Below are positions 35,236 through 46,249 of a stretch of DNA of 64,000 nt, piece by piece. The notes beneath the pieces were generated by a model, which did no database searches, was not told where the DNA came from, and saw nothing but the letters and a program-made list of their open reading frames with translations. Position numbers and translations under genes: made by a program. Position 1 is the stretch's first letter; every line of letters begins with the position of its first letter. The stretch is taken from NCBI GenBank assembly GCA_963763805.1, contig CAVXPQ010000001.1, positions 30,911 through 94,910 of the forward strand, read 5' to 3'. Source of the stretch: an uncultured Actinomycetota bacterium. Lineage in GTDB: Bacteria > Actinomycetota > Actinomycetes > Propionibacteriales > Nocardioidaceae.

Positions 35236-36099
35236 GTGGTGGTTGTCGAGGTGTTGGAGCGGCTGGGAGGGGTGGCCACCCGGGCCGCGCTCCTGCGGAG
35301 CGCTGAGCGCGGCGACATCGACAGAGCGGTGCGCAGCGGCGACGTGGTGGTCGACCGCCGAGGCAAATACGCCCTACCCCACGCCGATCAAGCGCTCCGG
35401 GCCGCTCATCGCGTGACGGGTGTCGTCTCCCATCGGAGCGCGGCTATGCACTGGGGCTGGGCGCAGAGGGCGCTCCCTGGGAAGCCAGAGATCACTGTGC
35501 CAAAGAACCGGAGGCTGTCGTTGGCGGACAGGCGTGAAGTTGAATTGCACTGGGCGGATCTCGGGGCGTGCGACGTCGATGGGCTCGTGACTACTCGCGA
35601 GCGGACTCTGGTGGACGTACTTCGAGGCTGCTCGAACGATGAGTCTCTGCCCATTGCTGACTCCGCCCTCCGGGCGGGCGACTTCACCGGAGAGAGCCTG
35701 TGTCGCTTGGCCGCGAGCACTCGCGGGGCAGGATGTGCGCGGATTCGCCGCGTGGCGGGCATGGCGTCTGGCCTCGCCGCCAATCCGTTTGAATCAGTGC
35801 TGCGGCTTCTGGCGCTTGAGGCCGGCCTCGATGTACGGCCACAAGTGCCGATCTATGGAGCGGACTTCCTCGGCTGTCCCGACCTGGTGGACGTCGATCG
35901 CCGAATCATTCTCGAGGCGGACTCCTTCGAATGGCATGGGAATCGCGCGGCGCTCGTTCGCGACACGCGTCGATACAACGCCTTCGTCGTTCACGGATGG
36001 CTTGTGTTGCGGTTCTCCTGGGAAGACGTGATGCACCATCCCGACTATGTTCGCCAAACCATCGTGGCCCTTGCACAAGGTGGGACCAAAGTCGGCTGA
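35236..36099 (+). CDS. AbiEi-like N-terminus + DUF559 (Vsr/PD-(D/E)xK-like) endonuclease
   Basis: LGGVATRAAL, SHRSAA, PDL...ILEADSFEWH...RD..R.N...GWLVLRFSWEDV. Confidence 0.8.
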   Translation: MVVVEVLERLGGVATRAALLRSAERGDIDRAVRSGDVVVDRRGKYALPHADQALRAAHRVTGVVSHRSAAMHWGWAQRALPGKPEITVPKNRRLSLADRREVELHWADLGACDVDGLVTTRERTLVDVLRGCSNDESLPIADSALRAGDFTGESLCRLAASTRGAGCARIRRVAGMASGLAANPFESVLRLLALEAGLDVRPQVPIYGADFLGCPDLVDVDRRIILEADSFEWHGNRAALVRDTRRYNAFVVHGWLVLRFSWEDVMHHPDYVRQTIVALAQGGTKVG

Positions 36100-36160
36100 G
36101 TTGCGTCCGCGCACGCTCAACGGGGTGTGCTGAAAGCCGGTTCGGTCCCAGGTTGTGCAG
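36070..36160. repeat. ~91-bp inverted-repeat element, copy 2, overlapping the DUF559 stop codon
   Basis: CTTGCACAAGGTGGGACCAAAGTCGGCT ... AGCCGGTTCGGTCCCAGGTTGTGCA. Confidence 0.75.
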
Positions 36161-36161
36161 A

Positions 36162-36617
36162 TCAGAAGCCGAACGAGGTGTAGGCGGGTAGTTCGCCGAG
36201 GCGGAGACCATCGAGGACTACCCGCTCATGGGGCACGACGGGGTCTGGAAGTTCGGTCAGTGCGCACCATCGCAACTCAGCGCACTTCTCCGGCTCCATG
36301 ATCGTAGGCGTGCCCGTCCAGGCGCGAGCCGTGAAGAAGAAGTCGATCCGCTCGTCGATGGCGTCGGCCCGACGAGTGCGCTGCATTGAGGTGACGAAGT
36401 TCAGATCGACGTCGCGGAGTCCGAGTTCCTCGGCAGCTTCGCGGAGCGCTGCGTCGTACGCCGTCTCGCCACGTTCGATGTGTCCCGCAGCCGCAGCCGC
36501 CCAGTGGTCGTCCATGTAGCCGGTGTTCTGACGAAGCTGCAGAAGCACCTCGTCGCCCGCCGGCCCGGTGCGCATGAGGAACACGTAGGCCGCCGGGACG
36601 ACGACGAAGCGAGTCAT
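36162..36617 (-). CDS. NUDIX hydrolase
   Basis: GHIERGETAYDAALREAAEELG Nudix box. Confidence 0.9.
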   Translation of the reverse strand: MTRFVVVPAAYVFLMRTGPAGDEVLLQLRQNTGYMDDHWAAAAAGHIERGETAYDAALREAAEELGLRDVDLNFVTSMQRTRRADAIDERIDFFFTARAWTGTPTIMEPEKCAELRWCALTELPDPVVPHERVVLDGLRLGELPAYTSFGF

Positions 36618-36624
36618 TCAGGTG

Positions 36625-36828
36625 TTACTTGATGTCGTCGTTCTTGCCGTCGAGCGAGTCGAGGGCGTCCTTCGCCTTGTCCGCACCCAGGTCGACCTTG
36701 TCGCCGAGCTTGCCGCCGGTCTTCTCGTCGATCATGTCAGCGGCCTTGTCCACGGCGTCGCCGACCTTGTCACCCTGCGAGTCGACCAGCGCGGCCAACT
36801 TGTCCTTGGCGTCATCGAGCATTCCCAT
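36625..36828 (-). CDS. MT0933-like 'antitoxin' small protein
   Basis: MGMLDDAKDKL...DKAADMIDEKTGGK; GGAGG RBS. Confidence 0.75.
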   Translation of the reverse strand: MGMLDDAKDKLAALVDSQGDKVGDAVDKAADMIDEKTGGKLGDKVDLGADKAKDALDSLDGKNDDIK

Positions 36829-36895
36829 GTGTTTCCTCCGTCGGGTCTCTGCCAGCGATCGTGCACTGGGCAATATGCCTGGAAGACTAGCGACC

Positions 36896-37841
36896 ATGTC
36901 CAGACCCGTGATCGTCGCCGTCGTAGGTCCCACGGCCGCCGGCAAGACCGAGCTCTCCCTTGACCTTGCCGAAAGACTCGATGGCGAGATCGTGAATACC
37001 GACTCCATGGCTCTCTACCGCGGGATGGAGATCGGCACCGCGAAGGTGCCGGAGAGCGAGCGGCGAGGGATCCCGCATCACCTCCTGGACCGGCTGTCCG
37101 TCACCGAACCGGCGGCCGTGGCCGAGTTCCAAGGGTGGGCCAGAGCAGAGGTTGAGACCATCCGGGCGGCTGGACGTACGCCCATCCTGGTTGGTGGGTC
37201 GGCGCTCTACACGCGCGCGGTGATCGACGAGTTCGACTTCCCCGGCACCGATCGAGCGGTGCGATCGCGACTTGAGGCCGAGCTGGCGGAGATCGGACCG
37301 GGCAGATTGCATGACCGGTTGGCGACGCTCGACCCGATCGCGGCGAGCAAGATTCTTCCTGACAATGGACGGCGGATCGTGCGCGCCCTGGAGGTCATCG
37401 AACTGACTGGGGAGCCGTATGACGCGGGCCTGCCGGAGCCGACGTACGTCGATCCGCGGACCGTCCAGATCGGCGTACTCATCGATCGGGAGACGATGGA
37501 CGCGCGCATCGAGCAGCGGGTCGATCAGATGTTTGAGGCGGGGTTCGTCGATGAGGTGGCACGGCTGCTCGACGAAGGGCTGGCGTCCGGGCGGACCGCC
37601 AGCCGAGCGATCGGCTATAGCGAAGTCGCCGCCTACCTGGCCGGGGAACTCACGTTGACTGAGGCCCGCGATCAGACGATTCGGGCTACCCGTCGGTTCG
37701 CTCGCCGCCAGGCGAGTTGGCATCGACGCGATCCGCGCATCGTGTGGATCGGGTGGGACGATCCGGATCGGGTGGCGCAGGCGCTCAGCCGCAATTTCGC
37801 AGGGCGGGGAAGTCGGCGGATCAAGTGTCGGCACAATCTGA
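36896..37841 (+). CDS. miaA: tRNA dimethylallyltransferase (frameshift at the extreme C-terminus)
   Basis: GPTAAGKT, DSMALYRGMEIGTAK, VGGSALY, TRRFARRQ. Confidence 0.95.
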
Positions 37842-37853
37842 AACAGTTGCCTG

Positions 37854-38407
37854 ATGGTCACCCAGTACTACACCGCATCCAGCGTGGACGGATTCATCGC
37901 GGACTCCGAGAACTCCCTCGAATGGCTCTTCCCGAACGACATCGATCACAGCGGACCGATGGCCTACCCGGGCTTCATTGCGGAGGTCGGGGCACTGGCG
38001 ATGGGTGCGACGACATACCAATGGTTGTTGGACCACGCAGCCGAATCGGGCATGACCGAGCCGTTCTACGAGCAGCCGACCTGGGTCTTCACCCACCGCG
38101 ACTTCCCGAAGCCCGAAGGCGATGTGCGCTTCGTCTCCGATGACGTCGCTGTCCGTGCATGCCGAGATGGTCGCCGCAGCGGGCGACAAGAATCGTGTGG
38201 ATCGTCGGCGGCGGCGACCTTGTCGGTCAGTTCGCCGATCACGGATTGCTGGATGAGATCTGGGTGCAATACGCCCCGGTGACGCTGGGTTCCGGCGCTC
38301 CGTTGCTCCCGCGCAACCTCGAACTGACCTTGCTCGATGTGGCTCGAAACCGGGACTTCTGCTGTGCGAAGTACGCCGTGGGGCGCGTGGGAGAATCGTC
38401 TGCATGA
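37854..38407 (+). CDS. Dihydrofolate reductase/RibD C-terminal family protein (frameshift)
   Basis: ASSVDGFIA, MGATTY, WIVGGGDL, PVTLGSG. Confidence 0.85.
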
Positions 38408-39240
38408 GCGCGTCGGGGGTGAGCTACTCCTTCCTCAAGGGTCACGGCACGGAGAACGACTTCGTGCTGCTTCCCGACCCCGAGGGTGAGATTCACGGGG
38501 ACCTTCCAGCCGCTCGCGTCCAGGCGCTGTGCGACCGCCGGGCAGGAATCGGCGCGGACGGCGTACTCCGGGTGGTTCGGTCGGCAGCGATGGCCGGTGG
38601 CGATGAGTTCGGCGGCACGGCCGAGTGGTTCATGGACTATCGCAATGCGGATGGCTCGATCTCGGAGATGTGCGGCAACGGAATCCGCCTGTTCGCCCGC
38701 TATCTGGTCGATCACGACTTGGCGTCGCCGGGCAAGGAGATCCCGATCGGCACGCGCGATGGGGTGAAGTCGGTCGTCGTGGAGGGGTCAGTCATCACGG
38801 TCGACATGGGCACTCCCGAAGTGCTCGGTGAGAGCGTGATCGGCCTCGGCAAGTGGTCATGGCCGGCGCGCCACGTCTCGATGGGAAACCCGCATGCCGT
38901 CGTGTTCGTCGACTCGCTCGACGAGTTGGGGGATCTGGACGGACTGAAGTTCGATCGTTCGGTCTACCCCAAGGGCGTCAACGTCGAGTTCGTGAAGCGG
39001 CGCAGCGATGGGTACGTCGCGATGCGCGTGCACGAGCGGGGGGTCGGCGAAACGAGATCCTGCGGCACCGGTGCCTGCGCGGCGGTAGTCGCGACGGCCT
39101 CGAAGTACGGCGACGGGCCGGGGTCGGTCTACGACATCGATGTGCCCGGCGGTCGGCTGACCGTGACATGGACGCACACGGGTCTGGTGCTGCTCTCCGG
39201 ACCGGCCGTGATCGTGGCCGAGGGCACGACTGACCTCTGA
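38404..39240 (+). CDS. dapF: Diaminopimelate epimerase
   Basis: KGHGTENDF, EMCGNG, GNPH, ERGVGETRSCGTG. Confidence 0.96.
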   Translation: MSASGVSYSFLKGHGTENDFVLLPDPEGEIHGDLPAARVQALCDRRAGIGADGVLRVVRSAAMAGGDEFGGTAEWFMDYRNADGSISEMCGNGIRLFARYLVDHDLASPGKEIPIGTRDGVKSVVVEGSVITVDMGTPEVLGESVIGLGKWSWPARHVSMGNPHAVVFVDSLDELGDLDGLKFDRSVYPKGVNVEFVKRRSDGYVAMRVHERGVGETRSCGTGACAAVVATASKYGDGPGSVYDIDVPGGRLTVTWTHTGLVLLSGPAVIVAEGTTDL

Positions 39241-39276
39241 GGCTCATGGCCCCTCGCCCGCGCCTATGCTCGCCTC

Positions 39277-40055
39277 ATGGACATATCTGGATCATCAGCC
39301 ATCGTTACCGGGGCGGCTTCGGGCATCGGCGCGGCCGTCGCCCGCCAACTCGCCAGCCAAGGTGCCCACGTCGTTGTCGCTGACCTGCAAGCCGAGGCTG
39401 GCGAGGCGCTGGCCGCGGAGATTGGTGGCACGTTCGCCTCGGTCGACGTCACGAACACCGACCAGATCCAGGCGGCTGTGCGAGCTCGCCGTCAGCATCG
39501 CGCCGCTCCGTGTGCTGGTGAACTCAGCCGGCATCGGGTGGGCCCAGCGGACTGTCGGGCGGGAGCCGACCTTCGAGACTGCCGCCAGCATCGACGCGTT
39601 CAAGAAGGTCGTCGCGGTCAATCTTGTCGGCAGCTATGACTGCATCCGGCTGGCGGCAACCGCGATGGCCAGCCAATGAGCCGTCCGACTCCGGCGAGCG
39701 CGGGGCGATCGTCAGCATGGCCAGCGTGGCGGCCTTCGACGGCCAGATCGGCCAGGCGGCGTACTCCGCATCCAAGGGCGGCATCGTCGGCATGACCCTG
39801 CCGATCGCCCGCGACCTGTCGGTCATCGGAGTGCGGGTCAATGCTTTGGCGCCGGGCCTGATCGACACTCCGATCTATGAGTTCGGCGGGGACGCTGAGG
39901 CGTTCAAGGCGAAGCTGGGGGAGAGCGTGCTGTTCCCCAAGCGGCTCGGGCTGCCCGAGGAACTGGCCAGCATGGTGGCCGAGTGTGTGCGCAATCCGTA
40001 CGTCAACGGCGAGGTCATTCGCGTCGACGGCGGCGTACGCCTCCCTCCCAAGTAG
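39277..40055 (+). CDS. SDR, HSD10-type 3-hydroxyacyl-CoA dehydrogenase (frameshifts)
   Basis: [29 protein letters not shown]. Confidence 0.88.
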
Positions 40056-40148
40056 CCAGCGTTTGGTGGGTCGAGCTGAGACCCGTTGCTGGTGGCGCTT
40101 GTCGTGACCACAGTTGCGTTGATCGAGCTTGTCGAGACCACCTTCCCC

Positions 40149-40208
40149 TTGACAAGGGTCTTCCACTCTGGGTAACTTAACCATCATGTTAATTAAGGAG
40201 GTGGTTAA
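40149..40208 (+). promoter_or_regulatory. Promoter and tandem ArsR-type operators
   Basis: TTGACA...TAACTT; TTAA-N8-TTAA dyads at 40177-40192 and 40193-40208. Confidence 0.6.
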
Positions 40209-40211
40209 ACA

Positions 40212-40565
40212 GTGGAACGCGATTCGTTGAGTCAGGTCTTTTCGGCGCTCGCCGATCCCACTCGACGCCACATCCTGGCTCGGTTGAAGGAGGGACCGGC
40301 AACGGTCACCGAACTCGCCGAGCCGCTCCCGATGACCATGCCGGCCGTCTCGCGGCACCTGAAGGTGCTCGAGGCGGCGGGCCTGATCAGTCGCGATCGT
40401 CGTGCGCAGTGGCGCTCGAGCTCACTCCAGGTGGAGCCGATGCGCGAGGCAATGACCTGGATGCAGCAACTGGGGATCGTGTGGGACCAGCGTTTTGACC
40501 GACTTGACGCACACCTGGCAGCAAGACGAACAACAACCATTAATGAGGAGAAGACCAATGACTGA
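40212..40565 (+). CDS. ArsR/SmtB regulator
   Basis: FSALADPTRRHIL, AVSRHLKVLEAAGLI. Confidence 0.92.
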   Translation: MERDSLSQVFSALADPTRRHILARLKEGPATVTELAEPLPMTMPAVSRHLKVLEAAGLISRDRRAQWRSSSLQVEPMREAMTWMQQLGIVWDQRFDRLDAHLAARRTTTINEEKTND

Positions 40566-41043
40566 CACCGAGACCTTTGAACTGAGCATGTCCCGCTACT
40601 TCGCCGCACCGCCGGCCGAGGTCTACCGGGCCTTCGTGAATCCGGCCGACCTTGCCCAGTGGTTCGCCCCGCTGGTCTTCCACGTCCCGGTCGGCTCGAT
40701 CGATATCGATCCCCGTGCCGGCGGTCACTGGAAGATGGACATGGTCAGCAACGACGACCCGTCACAGATTTCTCCGATCAACTCGACCTTCGAGGAGGTC
40801 ATCGAGAACGAACTGTTGGTCGGCTACGAGATCGTCAACGGCTTCCCGGGCATGGAGGACGGCAGCAAGCTGACGATGCGGCTGGAGTTCCACCCGGAAG
40901 GTGAAGGAACTCGTCTCGAGCTCCGCCAAGGACCCTTCCCCGAGATGATGCGCGAGATGAGCTCGGTCGGCTGGGGTCAGTCCTTCTACAAGCTGGACGG
41001 GCTGCTGGCCACGCCGGCCAAGTGGCGCCCGGCGATGGCCTAA
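40558..41043 (+). CDS. SRPBCC/AHA1 domain protein
   Basis: APPAEVYRAF..P..LAQWF, DPRAGG, GWGQSF. Confidence 0.85.
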   Translation: MTDTETFELSMSRYFAAPPAEVYRAFVNPADLAQWFAPLVFHVPVGSIDIDPRAGGHWKMDMVSNDDPSQISPINSTFEEVIENELLVGYEIVNGFPGMEDGSKLTMRLEFHPEGEGTRLELRQGPFPEMMREMSSVGWGQSFYKLDGLLATPAKWRPAMA

Positions 41044-41051
41044 GCCCTCCT

Positions 41052-41097
41052 AACGTCATACGAAGTGGTCGCCCGGGCGACCACTTCGTATGACGTT
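41052..41097. repeat. Perfect 46-bp palindrome (REP-like)
   Basis: AACGTCATACGAAGTGGTCGCCC|GGGCGACCACTTCGTATGACGTT. Confidence 0.85.
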
Positions 41098-41119
41098 GTG
41101 ACTCTTTGAGAGGAACGAC

Positions 41120-41450
41120 ATGCGCAAACTGAAGCTTCAGATTCAGACCACGGTCGACGGCTACATGTGCGGCCCGAACGGCGAGATGGATTGGATGTTG
41201 TTCGACTGGTCGGATGACGTCGGCTCGTACATCTGGGACATGACCGGATCCGTGGACACCATCGTCATGGGTCGCAACCTCGCTCAGGGATTCATCCCGC
41301 ATTGGGCTTCGAAGCCTGAGAGTGAGCCACCCGAGGCCGTCGAGTGGATGAACAGCCGGGCCAAGGTGGTGATCAGCAACACCCTCGAGTCCTCACCCTG
41401 GGAGAGTGCGGTTATCGCGTCGGGCGATGGGGCCGAGAGCGTTGAGCGGG
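41120..41450 (+). pseudogene. DHFR/RibD-family gene, 3'-truncated
   Basis: MRKLKLQIQTTVDGY...MGRNL...KVVISNTL; the C-terminal GG/LID half is missing. Confidence 0.65.
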
Positions 41451-41454
41451 ACCT

Positions 41455-41492
41455 CAACGAACGGGTCGCCCGGCGCCACCCGTATGACGTTG
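41455..41492. repeat. Degenerate copy of the 46-bp palindrome
   Basis: CAACGAACGGGTCGCCCGGCGCCACCCGTATGACGTTG. Confidence 0.6.
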
Positions 41493-41495
41493 CCA

Positions 41496-44024
41496 TTAGG
41501 CGCGGATCCGAGCGTTGGTCGGGTCGTACATCGGACGGAGGGAGACCTCTGCGGGATGTCGCGTTCCGGCGATGTCGACCTCCCAGGTGCCCGAGTTGAG
41601 CCAGTCGGGGTTGACGATCTGGTCCCCGCCGGAGACGAAGGCCAGGCCGACGGCCGCGCCGAGGGTCCAGCCGTACGACGCGGCGCGGACGTAGCCGACC
41701 GCGACACCGTCTCGATAGACGACCTCGGCGTGGTACATCAGCGGCTCGGGATCCACGAGTTTGATCTGGATCAGGCGTTGGGTCATCCCGCCGGCGGCCG
41801 CGTTGGCCTCCTTGCGGGCGAGCAGGGCATCACGGCCCCTGAAGTTGGACCCGTCCCACATGGGTGGCCGGTCGAAGGCAATCGCGAAGCCAAGACCCAC
41901 CTCGAGCGGGCAGTCGGTGTTGTCGATGTCGTGGCCGAAGTCGCGGTAGCCCTTCTCCATTCGCAGCGAGGCGAGCGCCTTGAGGCCGACCGGCGCGAAG
42001 TCGTACGCCGCCCCTGCCGCGACCACTGCGTCGTAGACGTGCAGGGCGTGCTCCTTCGGGACGTAGAGCTCGTAGCCGAGCTCGCCGAGGTAGGTGATCC
42101 GGACCAGCAGGATCTCCGTGCCCGCCAGCCTGATTCACCGCGCGCTGCGGAACGGGAACGCTTCGTTCGACAGGTCTTCGTCGGTCAGGGTCGACAGCAG
42201 GGCGCGCGATTGCGGACCCTGCACGTTGAACTGAGCCAAGTCCTTCGGTCACGTCGTCGTGAAGCATGCGTTGTCGTCGCCGGGTGACGGGCGCTGTCGA
42301 GGAGGCGCTCGACGTGCCCGCGAGCGGTGTCTGAAGCGATCACGACGAAGCGCCTGCCGTCCTCGCCGGGGTCGTCGTAGATCACGGTCAGGTCGGCTTC
42401 GAGGCGCCCGTCGTCGTTGAGCATCTGGGTGTAAGTGATCTGGTGCGGCTCTGTCGCTATGTCGCCAGCGCAGATCCGCTCGAGGAGCAATCGTCCGCGT
42501 CAGATCCGGTGATCTCGAACTTCGACATGAAGCTCATGTCCATCAGGCCGACGCCTTCGCGGATCACCCGATGTTCCTCGGCCCACTGGTCGAACCAGTC
42601 GGCGCGACCCCAGGTCGGAGTGGCTTCCGGCGTGACGCCCGGCGCCGGCGAACCAGTCGGCGCCCTCCCAGCCGGAGACCTCCCGCATGAATCCGCCCTG
42701 CGCCACCAACCGGTCGTGCACGGGCGACAGGATCGCGCCGCGGGCGGACTTCAACTGCTTGCCGGGGGTGTGGGCGGCGTACACCGTGCCGAGGATCTCG
42801 GTGGTCCGTGGCCGCCCGGTAGGAGTCGGCGGCCTGATACGGCTGGAAGCGGTCGACGTTGAAGCCGGTGACATCGACGTCCGGCAGACCGGTGATGATC
42901 CAGTGGGCCAAGACCCGGCCGAGACCGCCGGCCGACAGGATGCCGACGGAGTTCATGCCAGCCGCCACGAAGTAGTTGCGGATCCCCGGTGCTTCGCCGA
43001 CTGCTGGCGCCAGGTCGGGGGTGAAGGATTCAGGGCCGCAGAAGAAGGTCTTGACGCCGACTTCGAGCGTGATCGGCACCCGCGCCATCGCGGTCTCCAG
43101 GAACGGCATCATCCGGTCCCAGTCAGGTGGGATCTGGCCGAAGGAGAAGTCGTTCGGGATGCCTTCGACCCGCCACGGCGCGGCCTGAGGCTCGAAGAGG
43201 CCGACCATCATGCCGCCGCCCTCTTCGCGGTAATACCCGTGTGCGGCCGGATCCTCGAAGACCGGCGCGTTGGGATCGAGCCCTTCGATGGTGTCGGTGA
43301 TCAGGTAGTAGTGCTCGGCAGCCTGGTTGGGGATGATCAGACCGTTCTTGGCACCGAACTCCCGTGCCCACATGCCGGTGCAGTTCACGACGTACTCGCA
43401 CTCGATGGTTTGCGAGTCTCCCTCGTTCGGGCCCGTCGCGACGACGACGCCGGTTACCCTCGGCGGACCGGCCTCGGTCAGCACCTCGGTGGCCGACACC
43501 CCCTCAACAATGCGTACGCCGAGTTGCTTGGCGCCCTTGGCCAGCGACATCGTCACGTCGACCGGATTCACCCGGCCGTCGCCGGGGACATAGAACCCGG
43601 CCAGCAGGTCGTCGGTCTTGGCCCACGGGAAGAGTTCGCTCATCTCGCTGGGGGAGATCTCCTCGACCTCCAGGCCGAGGTGGCGTTGGAAGGTGGCGAC
43701 CCGGCGATACTCCTCCAGCCGATCCGCATCGGCCGCGGCCTCGATCAGCCCGACCGGCTTGAAGCCCGTCGGTTGGCCGGTCTCGGCCTCGAGGCGTGCA
43801 TAGAGATCGCGCGAATAGAGCCGGATGCCCGTGCTCGTCTCCGAGGTGGAGCCGAAGCACGTCATCAGGCCGGCCGCGTGCCAGGTGGTGCCCGACGTCA
43901 GCCGATCGCGCTCCAACACGACCACGTCGGTCCACCCGGCGTGGGCCAAGTGATAGGCAACCGAACAACCGATGACCCCGCCGCCGATGATGACGACCTG
44001 GGCACGCTGAGGGAGATCTACCAC
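41496..44024 (-). CDS. FAD-dependent oxidoreductase-GcvT fusion (sarcosine/dimethylglycine/4-methylaminobutanoate oxidase family; multiple frameshifts)
   Basis: IIGGGVIG, SGTTWHAAG, GPESFTPD, YTQMLNDDG, SLRMEKGY. Confidence 0.88.
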
Positions 44025-44054
44025 CGGGTCACGATAACGCGCAGGGCGGCTAGC

Positions 44055-44593
44055 TCAGGCGGAGCGACCCAGCAAGCCAAGCAACTTGACCTGCCTCGGC
44101 GCATCGGAGGGGACTTCGACCGCTGGCTTGCAGACGCCTTCGGTGTAGAGGGCGGGGCCGAACCCGGCGATGGCGGCCTCGATCTGGTCCATCTCGGCCT
44201 CGCTCCAGACATAAGGTTCGCCCGAGGAACTCGCGATGTCCCAGCCGTGGACGAGCAGATCGAAGCCGTAGAAGGTCGACAAGGTGTCGCCCACCGTCGT
44301 CGGCCCGAACCACCCGTCGTACGTCGTCGCCATCCAACCCTCGTCAAGCACATGCGGCTCGATCGATGCGCGGTGAATCAGCCACAACTCCTCGGGAGTT
44401 CCCGGCCGGTGGATCTCCCAGGTCATGCCCGTGATCCTTGAAAACGCCCCGCTGGGTCTCGAGGACATGATCGAGGGCCTGTGCTGCGGTCCATTCGGTA
44501 CAGGCCGACTGGGCGTCCCAATCAGACACCGAGCTCACGATGGCGGTGAATCGATCGGCATTTGCCAGAAACTGTGTGCTGTTGCTCGCTCAT
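44055..44593 (-). CDS. TIGR03086/MDMPI-family metal-binding protein (frameshifts)
   Basis: WDAQSACTEWT...DHV, DLLVHGWDIA, LLGLLGRS. Confidence 0.75.
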
Positions 44594-44679
44594 GGTCACC
44601 ACTGTGCCACGTCCCGCCGACAGCGTGCCGGGCAAACTCGCTCGCATCGTCACCAAGCGCCCGCCTACTCTTGAGGCAT

Positions 44680-46183
44680 ATGACGAACGCACCCGAATTC
44701 GATCTGGACGCTGAGCTTGCGCTCACCGACGAGTGGGACGACGACTCGACCGAGACGGACCCCTTCGTCTCGGGCTACCTCGACGAGGTCGACCCCGAAG
44801 AGCAGACACTCCACCAGTCCCAAGGTGCCATGGAGCTTGCCGAGAGGCATGCCCTGCGGCGCGTGGCGGGCCTGTCGACCGAACTCGAGGACATCTCCGA
44901 GGTCGAATACCGCCAACTCCGGCTCGAGCGCGTCGTGCTCGTCGGCGTGTGGACCACCGGCAGCACGGTCACCGACGCCGAGAACTCGCTGGCGGAGCTT
45001 GCACTGCTGGCAGAGACAGCCGGCTCCGAGGTCTTGGAGGCGATCTATCAGCGCCGCCAGAAGCCAGACCCGGCGACGTACATCGGCCGCGGCAAGGTTG
45101 AAGGGCTCGCCGAGATCGTCCACACGACCGGCGCCGACACCGTCATCTGCGACGGTGAACTCGCCCCCTCGCAGCTGAGGAACCTCGAGGACCGGCTTAA
45201 GGTCAAGGTCGTCGACCGGACCGCGCTGATCCTCGACATCTTCGCCCAGCATGCCAAGTCGCGTGAGGGCCAGGCGCAGGTCGAGTTGGCGCAGCTCAAC
45301 TACATGAAGCAGCGTCTGCGTGGTTGGGGTGGCAATCTCTCCCGCCAGGCCGGTGGCCGGGTTTCCGGCGGCGAAGGCATCGGTGGCCGTGGTCCCGGTG
45401 AGACGAAGATCGAGACCGATCGGCGTCGGATCAACACCAAGATCGCCAAGTTGCGTCGCGAACTGGTGCAGATGAAGGTCACCCGCGACACGAAGCGCCA
45501 GGAGCGCGTGCGCCATCAGGTGCCGAGCGTTGCGATCGCCGGGCTATACCAACGCCGGCAAGTCATCGCTGCTCAACCGGTTCACCGATGCAGGCGTGCT
45601 CGTCGAGGACTCCCTGTTCGCGACGTTGGACCCCACCACGCGTCGCACGACGACATCCGATGGCCGGGTCTACACGATGTCGGACACCGTCGGTTTCGTC
45701 CGACACCTGCCGCACGATCTGATCGAGGCGTTCCGGTCCACGCTCGAGGAAGTCTCCGACTCGGACCTGGTGCTGCACGTCGTCGATGGATCGCATCCCG
45801 ATCCCGAGGGCCAGATCGCGGCTGTGCGCGAGGTGTTCGCCGAGATCGGCGCCGACAAGGTGCCCGAGTTGATCGTCGTCAACAAGGCCGACGCGGCCGA
45901 TCCGATGGTGCTGGCCCGGCTCCAGCAACGCGAGCCACACCTGGTCGTCGTGTCAGCGAAGACCGGCGAGGGCATCGAAGAGGCGCTGGCCCGCGTCGAG
46001 TCCGAACTCCCACATCCCGGCGTTGCCTTCGACGCGCTGCTTCCCTACGAGCGTGGAGACCTGCTCAACCGACTGCATCAGCATGGCGAGATCGACACCC
46101 TCGAGCACACCGGCGACGGCACCCGGGTCTCCGGTCGCGCTCACGCCGACCTGGCCGGCGAGCTCACGGCGTACGCCGTCTAG
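44680..46183 (+). CDS. hflX: GTPase HflX (frameshift near 45540)
   Basis: LILDIFAQHA, GPGETKIE, GYTNAGKSSL, DTVGF, NKAD. Confidence 0.95.
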
Positions 46184-46196
46184 CAGACAACGCACG

Positions 46197-46239
46197 ACAA
46201 GGGCGGTAGATCGAGTTGGTCGCGATCTACCGCCCTTGT
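46197..46239. terminator. Hairpin between convergent genes
   Basis: 17-bp stem ACAAGGGCGGTAGATCG / CGATCTACCGCCCTTGT. Confidence 0.7.
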
Positions 46240-46249
46240 GCTGCCTGGC

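Noticed and set aside
36625-36828. Toxin-antitoxin system around the MT0933-like gene
   Set aside because: No adjacent toxin; the family name alone is not evidence
36629-38143. Extended 504-aa MiaA (also 549-aa RsmI and 594-aa HflX ORFs)
   Set aside because: Extensions come from upstream alternative starts or frameshift read-through into neighbouring genes
42687-44441. Long antisense ORFs (e.g. 584 aa)
   Set aside because: Shadow frames of genuine genes in high-GC DNA
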